Shown here: positions 57,323-64,000 of the stretch, piece after piece
How positions within the stretch are numbered: the first letter of the stretch is position 1
How the letters are laid out: each line of letters starts with the position of its first letter
Assembly (NCBI GenBank): GCA_963763775.1
Contig: CAVXPZ010000001.1
Location: forward strand, 256,001-320,000
Direction of reading: 5' to 3'
Origin: an uncultured Chloroflexia bacterium
Lineage (GTDB): Bacteria; Chloroflexota; Limnocylindria; Limnocylindrales; CSP1-4
Length of the DNA stretch: 64,000 nucleotides
Translations under genes and position numbers: made by a program
The notes under the pieces: model-generated
The model's input: the letters and a program-made list of their open reading frames with translations, nothing else
Told to the model about the DNA's origin: nothing
The model's database searches: none

Positions 57323-57353
57323 CGCTCGATACGCACCATAACAGGGCGTGTCA

Positions 57354-57367
57354 AGAGAGCGCTCTCA
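57354..57367. promoter_or_regulatory. LacI-type operator 2
   Basis: AGAGAGCGCTCTCA, abutting a minus-strand TTGACA (57349-57354). Confidence 0.8.
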
Positions 57368-57484
57368 CGCACGGATGGTGACGTTCCGGAGACATCCCGG
57401 TGCCGGGACGAGCCGTCGCGGACTCGTCCGGACCGCCCGGCGGACGCCGGGCCGCAAGGCGGTGGCCTATGCGAAACTAGGCCC

Positions 57485-58987
57485 ATGGTCGAGACCGCCG
57501 CCACGCCCGCGCCTGCCCCCGGTCCGTCCGCTGCGGAGCGGTACGAGGCCGTGATCGGCATCGAGGTCCACTGCCAGCTCAAGACGGCCTCGAAGATGTT
57601 CTGCGGGTGCTCGACCGAGTACGACGGCGCCCCGCCGAACAGCCACGTGTGCCCGGTCTGCCTGGGTCTGCCCGGCGCCCTGCCGGTCATCAACCGACGC
57701 GCCGTCGAGCATGTCCTCGCGACCGGCCTCGCGATCGAGGCCACGGTGCCCGACGCCACTCGATGGGACCGCAAGAACTACTTCTACCCGGACCTCCCGA
57801 AGGGCTACCAGATCAGCCAGTACGACCTGCCGCTGGCCTCGCTCGGGCGGCTCGCGTTCGAGACCTCCGACGGGCCGTTCACCGTCGTCATCACCCGGGC
57901 CCATCTCGAGGAGGACACGGCGAAGCTCGTCCATGCCGCCGCCGCGGACGGCCGGCGCGTCAGCCTCGTCGACTTCAACCGGTCGGGCGCCCCGCTGATG
58001 GAGATCGTCACGGAGCCGGACATCCGGACCGCGGAACAGGCACGCCGATACGCGGAGGAGTTGCAGCTCCTCCTGCGCTCGATCGGGGCCTCGGATGCGG
58101 ACATGGAGCGCGGCCAGATGCGCGTCGAGGCCAATGTCTCGCTGCGCCGACGCGGGACCGAGCCCTTCGGGACGCGGGTCGAGGTCAAGAACATGAACTC
58201 GTTCCGCGCCGTCGAGCGCGCGATCGCCTTCGAGATCGAGCGGCAGGCCGTCGCCCTCGATGCCGGACAGCCGCTGCTCCAGGAGACGCGCGGCTGGTCG
58301 GAGGAGCGCGGCGAGACGTATCGGATGCGGGTCAAGGAGACCTCGGACGATTACCGGTACTTCCCGGAGCCGGACCTTCCGCCGCTGCATCTCGAGGCGT
58401 CGTGGCTGACGACGATCCGGGCGGCCCTCCCCGAGTTGCCGGCGGCTCGGCGGACGCGCTACCGCGACGAGCTGGGCCTCTCGCCGTACGACGCCGCCGT
58501 GCTGGTCGCCGATCCGGATGCGGCCGCCCTCTTCGAGGCCACGATGGCCGCGGACCCGGGCCTGCCGGCCAAGACCGTCGCGAACTGGGTCACCGGGGAG
58601 TACCTGAAGCTGCGCAATGCCGCCTCGGCGGGCGTCACCGTCGCCGCGCCGGAGTTCGCCGCGGTCATCGCGGCCGTCGCGAACGGGTCGATCTCGCGGG
58701 CCAACGGGCGCGAGGTGCTCGAGGCCCATGTCGAGTCCGGCGCGACGGCGCGCTCGATCATCGAGGCCCGCGGCTTCCGCCAGATCTCCGACGCGGGCGC
58801 CATCGCCTCGGTGGTCGCGGACGTCCTGGCGGCGAACCCCGCGGCGGTCGCGGACTATCGCGCCGGCAAGCAGCAGGCCGTCGGGTTCCTCATCGGCCAG
58901 GTCATGAAGGCGACGAAGGGACAGGCCGACGCGGCGATGGCCGGCGACGCCGTGCGAGCGGCACTGGCGTCGTCCGCGGAGGGCTGA
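57485..58987 (+). CDS. gatB: Asp/Glu-tRNA amidotransferase subunit B
   Basis: IGIEVHCQL, RKNYFYPDLPKGYQISQ, HLEED, DFNRSG.PL.EIVTEP, EVKNMNS, YRYFPEPDL. Confidence 0.97.
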   Translation: MVETAATPAPAPGPSAAERYEAVIGIEVHCQLKTASKMFCGCSTEYDGAPPNSHVCPVCLGLPGALPVINRRAVEHVLATGLAIEATVPDATRWDRKNYFYPDLPKGYQISQYDLPLASLGRLAFETSDGPFTVVITRAHLEEDTAKLVHAAAADGRRVSLVDFNRSGAPLMEIVTEPDIRTAEQARRYAEELQLLLRSIGASDADMERGQMRVEANVSLRRRGTEPFGTRVEVKNMNSFRAVERAIAFEIERQAVALDAGQPLLQETRGWSEERGETYRMRVKETSDDYRYFPEPDLPPLHLEASWLTTIRAALPELPAARRTRYRDELGLSPYDAAVLVADPDAAALFEATMAADPGLPAKTVANWVTGEYLKLRNAASAGVTVAAPEFAAVIAAVANGSISRANGREVLEAHVESGATARSIIEARGFRQISDAGAIASVVADVLAANPAAVADYRAGKQQAVGFLIGQVMKATKGQADAAMAGDAVRAALASSAEG

Positions 58988-58989
58988 CG

Positions 58990-59262
58990 ATGGGCGCGAT
59001 CAACCTCATCCTGTGGCTCGCCGGGATCGCCCTGATCGCGATCGGCTACACGCGCGCCAGAGGGCCGTGGTCGCGGTACCAGGCCCTCAAGGCCCAGGAC
59101 GCGAACGTGGCCCGCTACGAGGCCTGGCGAGGGGGGACCCGCGACGATGGCAAGACCGGCGCCTCGGTGGCGATGGAGGTGCTCCGACGACAGGCGCAGG
59201 TGGGCGGCCTGATCGCGATCGCCGGCTTCGTCCTGGTGTTCCTCGGCTTCCTGATCAAGTGA
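58990..59262 (+). CDS. Small two-TM hypothetical membrane protein
   Basis: 90-aa ORF with hydrophobic ends, tightly coupled to gatB and the next gene. Confidence 0.7.
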   Translation: MGAINLILWLAGIALIAIGYTRARGPWSRYQALKAQDANVARYEAWRGGTRDDGKTGASVAMEVLRRQAQVGGLIAIAGFVLVFLGFLIK

Positions 59263-60421
59263 CGCGCGAGCGAACGCACGGACAGGGGTTCGCGACGCGG
59301 GCCATCCATGCGGGCGAGCGGCCGGACCCCACGACGCGGGCGCACAACACGCCGATCTACGCCACGGCCACCTTCGCCTTCGATTTCAGCCGCGGAGAAG
59401 GAGGACGCCGTCGACCGCTCCATGGCGTGGGAGCCGGACAGCTACTTCTATTCCCGGACCGGGAATCCGACGACGCGCGCGCTCGAGGAGAAGATCGCCT
59501 CGCTCGAGGGCGCGGAAGACGCCGTGGTCTCGTCGTCCGGGATGGCCGCCGTGTCGGCCACGCTGCTGGCACACCTCGGATCCGGCGACCACGTCGTCGT
59601 CGGCGACGAGCTGTTCGTGATCACCAAGGTGCTGCTCGAGGATGACTTCCCGCGGCGCGGGATCGCCGTCACCCCGGTCGACATGACGGACCTCGCCGCG
59701 GTCGAGGCCGCCATCACCCCCGCGACGAGGATGCTCTTCCTCGAGACGTCCACGAACCCGCGACTGCGCATCGCGGACCTCGATGCGGTCGCGGCGCTGG
59801 CGCACCGCCACGGGCTCACCGTCCTCGCCGACAACACGTTCCTCGGGCCGGCGTTGCTGCGGCCGCTCGAGCACGGCGCCGACCTGGTCCTCCACGCCGC
59901 CACGAAGTTCCTGTCCGGGCACGGCGACGCGGTGTCCGGGGTCGTCTCGGGGCCGAAGGCGCTCCTCGACCCGATCCGAAAGCAGACCGACACCCTCGGC
60001 CAGGCGGCGAGCCCATTCTCCAGCTGGCTCGTCCTGCGCGGGGTCCGGACCCTGCCGCTGCGCTCACGGGCGGCGTCGGCCAACGCCGCCGCGCTGGCGG
60101 CGCTCCTCGAAGGGCACGCGGCCGTGGAGTGGGTCCGCTACCCGGGGCTGGCGTCGCACCCGGACCACGCGGTCGCTCGGCGACTGCTCGGGCGACCACG
60201 CCGGCGCCATGCTGACGTTCCAGCCGCGCGGCGGCCTCGAGGGGATGGCCGCCTTCACGGACCACCTGCGCCTGTGCGACATCGGGGTCAGCCTCGGGGA
60301 CGTCTACACGCTCGTCTACCCGCAGCCGAAGCGCGGCGGCCTCGTGCGCGTGTCCGTCGGCTGCGAGGACCTGGACGACCTGCTCGAGGATGTCCGGCTC
60401 GGGCTCTCGTTCGTCGCCTGA
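59259..60421 (+). CDS. Cys/Met metabolism PLP-dependent enzyme (cystathionine gamma-synthase/methionine gamma-lyase family; frameshifts ~59385, ~60192)
   Basis: TRAIHAG, YSRTGNPT, SGMAA, DNTF, TKFLSGH, YPGL, SLG, RVSVGCE. Confidence 0.88.
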
Positions 60422-60437
60422 GGACCGGATCCGACCG

Positions 60438-60938
60438 TCAGCGCCCGACGATCCGGCGCCACTCGATGGCCGTGCACCGGTCCATGACGACGCTGAGGCC
60501 GGCGGCCTGCGCGATCCGCGCCGCCTCCCAGTCCACCACGCCCAGCTGGAGCCACAGGCAGCGCGCCCCGGTGGCCACGGCCTCCTCTGCGTGCGGGACG
60601 CACAGCTCGGAGCGACGGAAGACGTCGACGATGTCGAACGGACCGGTCGCCGCCACGGCTTCCGGGAGTGAGCGGAAGGCCGGGACGCCCAGCACGTCGC
60701 GCACGTTCGGGTTGATCGGCACGCAGTCGAACCCGTTGTGCTGGAGGTAGCGGAAGACCGTGTAGGACGGACGGCTCGGATCGCCGGACGCCCCGATCAC
60801 CGCGATCCGCCGCGCGGCCCGCATGACCGCCTCGATCCCGGCGTCATCGAGCACCGGGACGGGCCCGCGTCCCTCGTGCAGGTCCAGGATCGCCGCCGTC
60901 CGGTCGCGGTCCGCCCGGTCGGGGCGCTCGGTGGTCAG
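60438..60938 (-). CDS. CoA-binding protein (YccU-like); start uncertain
   Basis: IAVIGAS, PINP, DIVDVFRRS, WLQLG, VMDRC. Confidence 0.85.
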   Translation of the reverse strand: MTTERPDRADRDRTAAILDLHEGRGPVPVLDDAGIEAVMRAARRIAVIGASGDPSRPSYTVFRYLQHNGFDCVPINPNVRDVLGVPAFRSLPEAVAATGPFDIVDVFRRSELCVPHAEEAVATGARCLWLQLGVVDWEAARIAQAAGLSVVMDRCTAIEWRRIVGR

Positions 60939-62011
60939 GTCGCCGCCTCGCGTTCGTATGGCTGGCCGTCGGCGGCAGGCGGGATGCTGCGGCCGACCAC
61001 GCCGGCCAGGATGACGATCGTCACGATGTACGGCAGCGCGTCGAAGAACTGGTTGGGGAGCGAGGACAGCAGCGACCCGAGCTCGCCCTCGGGCGGCGCG
61101 ATCCGGATCGACTGGCTGATGCCCACGGACGAGGCGAACAACAGGGCCGCGCCGAACGCGCCCAGCGGGGACCAGCGCCCGACGATCATCGCCGCGAGGC
61201 CGATGAACCCGCGGCCGGCGGTCATCCCGGCCTGGAACGACGCCGTGGCCTCCATGCTCAGGTAGGCGCCGCCGAGCGCGGCCAGGACGCCGCCGGCGAG
61301 GACGTTGCGGTAGCGGAGCCGGATGACGTCGATGCCGACGGTCTCGGCCGCCCGCGGATGCTCGCCGACCGACCGGGTGCGCAGGCCCCAGCGGGACCGG
61401 AACAGGAAGATCTGGAACAGCACCACCGCGAACAGGAGCGTGATCCCGAGCGGACCCTGGTCCAGGAACGTCTCGAAGACCCAGCCGACGACCGGGATGC
61501 CGACGAGCCAGTCCGGCGGCGCGAAGTGCGTGAAGGCGCCGGCGCCGGTCGGCGAGCTCTTGGCGAGGAGCGTGTTGAGGTAGCCGGTGATGCCGAACGC
61601 GGCGATGTTGATGATCGTGCCGCTGATGATCTGGTCGGCGCGGACGGAGATCGACAACCAGGCGTGCAGGGCCGACACGACGAGGCCGCTGAGGATCGCC
61701 AGGACGAGGGCGATGATGAGCGCTGGGTTGGCCCCGAAGATGCCGGTCGTCTGCGTGCCGACGAGCGGCACGAGGTAGACGCCGGCGGCCCAGCCCACGA
61801 ACGCGGCGACGAGCATCGTGCCCTCGATGCCGATGTTGACGACGCCGGACCGCTCGCACATGACGCCGCACAGCGCCGCGAAGGCGATCGGGATGGCCGC
61901 GCTGAACGTGATCGGCGCGATCACCGGGAGGACGGCGATGAAGTACCCGACGGCCTGGATGACCAGGCCCAGGATCGGGATGCCGTACAGGGCGTTGATC
62001 AGCTCGTTCAT
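60935..62011 (-). CDS. Nucleoside/simple-sugar ABC transporter permease
   Basis: ERSGVVNIGIEG, GLRTRSVGEHP, GRGFIGLAA, LPY. Confidence 0.9.
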   Translation of the reverse strand: MNELINALYGIPILGLVIQAVGYFIAVLPVIAPITFSAAIPIAFAALCGVMCERSGVVNIGIEGTMLVAAFVGWAAGVYLVPLVGTQTTGIFGANPALIIALVLAILSGLVVSALHAWLSISVRADQIISGTIINIAAFGITGYLNTLLAKSSPTGAGAFTHFAPPDWLVGIPVVGWVFETFLDQGPLGITLLFAVVLFQIFLFRSRWGLRTRSVGEHPRAAETVGIDVIRLRYRNVLAGGVLAALGGAYLSMEATASFQAGMTAGRGFIGLAAMIVGRWSPLGAFGAALLFASSVGISQSIRIAPPEGELGSLLSSLPNQFFDALPYIVTIVILAGVVGRSIPPAADGQPYEREAAT

Positions 62012-63136
62012 CAGCGCACCGTGGCCTCGCCGCCGTAGGTCTTGGTGAACGTCCCGGTGTCATCGATGGCGGACTTCGCGCCCTTCAGGTGGAAGACGCG
62101 CTGGATGACCGGGCTCGCGACGAGGAAGAACAGGATCGTCGCCTGCAGGACCCCGACGAGCTCGGCCGGGACGCCGGCCTGGATCTGCATGGCCGAGGCG
62201 CCGCTGCGCATCGCCCCGAACAGGAGCGCGGCCAGGACGATGCCGAGCGGGCTCGTCCGGCCAAGCAGCGCCACCGCGATGGCGTCGAAGCCGACCGTGG
62301 TGCCGTACGACGCCGTCATGTGGTGCGTGACGCCGAGGAGCTCGGTGGCGCCGCCCATGCCGGCGAGCAGGCCGGCCATCGTCATCGTCCAGATGATGAT
62401 CCGCCGGGGCGACATGCCCGCGTAGCGAGCCGCGTCGGGGTTCGCGCCGGCCGTCCGGATCTCGAACCCGCGGGTCGTCCGGAAGAGGAGCCAGCCGTAC
62501 ACGATGGCCATCAGCGGCGCGAAGATGATGCCCGAGGTGACCGTTGCGCCCGAGGATGATCGGGAGCGACGCATTGCCCGACATCGACGCGTGATCGGCG
62601 ACGGCGACGCCTCGACGTCGAGCGGCCCGCTGACCGCCCACGCGAGGATCGCGATCGCGACGAAGTTGAGCATGATCGTCGTGACGACCTCGTGGGCGCC
62701 CGACGTGGCCTTGAGGAACCCGGGGATGAAGCCCCATCCGGCCCCGAACAGGGCGCCGACGGCGCAGCGCGATCGGCAGCGCGATCACGCCGGGCTGCTC
62801 GCGGAGCGCGACGCCGGCGATGACCGCACCGAGTGCGCCCATCAGGAACTGCCCCTGGGCGCCGATGTTGAACAGCCCGGCCTTGAACGCGAGCCCGACG
62901 GACAGGCCGCCGAGGATCAGCGGCACGGTGTTGACGAGCGTGTTGACGATCGAGTTGAAGTTGCCGACCGCGCCGTTGATCAGCGCGCCGTAGGCCGACA
63001 CGGCCAGGCCCGGCTGGAACTCCTTGGTGACCAGCCACTCGGAGAGGATGATCACGATCGAGCCGACGAGGACCGAGAGGACGATCGAGATGAGGGGCAG
63101 GGCGACGATGTCCCAGCCCCGTCGCACGCGCGCCAT
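62011..63136 (-). CDS. Nucleoside/simple-sugar ABC transporter permease (frameshifted)
   Basis: AGLFNIGAQGQ, MLNF, GANPDAARYAG, GFDAIAVALLG. Confidence 0.88.
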
Positions 63137-64000
63137 CAGGCGGCGCTCCCGGGCGTGGTCTCGGCCGCGGCCTGGTGGCCACCCGTCGCCATCAGCAGGC
63201 CGACCTCGTTCTTGTCCGCCGTGCGCCCGTCGAGGACCGCGACGATCCGGCCGCCGTACATCACCGCCACCCGGTCCGACAGCTCCATGACCTCGTCGAG
63301 CTCCGCCGAGACCAGGAGGATGGCCGTGCCGGCGTCCCGTTTCGCGATGGCCTGCAGATGGATGAACTCGATGCTGCCGACGTCCAGGCCGCGGGTCGGC
63401 TGGTCGAGCACGAGGAGCCGCAGGTCGCGAGCGAACTCGCGCGCGACGACGATCTTCTGCTGGTTCCCGCCCGACAGGGTCGCGGCCTTCACATCGGCCG
63501 ACGGCGTGCGGATGTCGAACGCCTTGATCCGCTCGTTCGCCATCGCGTCGATCGCGGCGTCGTTGCGCAGGATGCCGCGGGCGTACGGGGCGCGGTGGTA
63601 GTCGGTCAGGACGAGGTTCTCGCTGACCGGGAACGACAGCACGAGGCCGAACCGGTGGCGGTCGGCCGGGACGTAGGCCACGCCGTGGCCGTAGACGGCC
63701 CTTGGAGACTGCCCCGTGATGTCCGTCCCGTCCAGCGTGACCGAGCCCGACGTCGGCCGCCGCAGGCCGATGAGGGCTTCGACGAGCTCGTCCTGGCCAT
63801 TGCCGGCCACCCCGGCGACACCGAGGATCTCGCCCGCGCGGACCTCGAGGTCGACGCCCTTCACCGCCTCCTGGCCGCGGTCGTCGTTGACGCGGAGGTC
63901 CGTGATCCGCAGGGCGGCGTCGGCGGGGTGTGAGATGCCGCGGTCGACGGTGAGCGAGACCTCGCGGCCGACCATCAGCTCGGCGAGGTCGTCCTCGTCG
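63136..64000 (-). CDS. ABC transporter ATP-binding protein, C-terminal part
   Basis: MVGR, GVAGNGQ, LSGGNQQK, QPTRGLDVG, SAELDE. Confidence 0.92.
   Translation of the reverse strand, partial: DEDDLAELMVGREVSLTVDRGISHPADAALRITDLRVNDDRGQEAVKGVDLEVRAGEILGVAGVAGNGQDELVEALIGLRRPTSGSVTLDGTDITGQSPRAVYGHGVAYVPADRHRFGLVLSFPVSENLVLTDYHRAPYARGILRNDAAIDAMANERIKAFDIRTPSADVKAATLSGGNQQKIVVAREFARDLRLLVLDQPTRGLDVGSIEFIHLQAIAKRDAGTAILLVSAELDEVMELSDRVAVMYGGRIVAVLDGRTADKNEVGLLMATGGHQAAAETTPGSAA

Noticed and set aside
47582-57367. Cellobiose operon as a mobile element
   Set aside because: No integrase, transposase, tRNA or terminal repeats; composition looks like the flanks.

Overview
A very GC-rich (roughly 70-75% by eye), gene-dense bacterial chromosomal segment. 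The gene style (monoderm lipoproteins, CIRCE-groESL, PcrA, GatCAB) suggests a Chloroflexota/Actinomycetota-like soil or freshwater organism; this is inference only. Contents in order: (1) a de novo purine operon purA-D-B-C-S-Q-L-F-M ending in an apparent PurN-PurH fusion; (2) a GT2 gene and a complete legionaminic-acid-type nonulosonic acid pathway with an apparent NeuA-NeuB fusion, an unassigned transferase, GT4, a GSCFA hydrolase and a nucleotide-sugar dehydrogenase; (3) metG-tatD-lipoprotein, CIRCE-groES-groEL, three lipoproteins, pcrA, alpha-hydroxy-acid oxidase, ligA, DinB, GNAT and gatC-gatA; (4) a LacI-regulated cellobiose operon (ABC transporter, GH94, mutarotase-fold protein, GH1) lying between gatA and gatB; (5) a Cys/Met PLP enzyme and a nucleoside-type ABC transporter. 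About 20 genes, including core housekeeping ones, carry single-base frameshifts, most likely long-read indel errors. No rRNA, tRNA, CRISPR or transposase was seen. Most notable: a MetRS whose HIGH motif reads GVHT, a ~130-nt palindromic element at the 5' end of purM, the two gene fusions, and a -10-like hexamer 6-9 nt before many operon-leading start codons (leaderless transcription).
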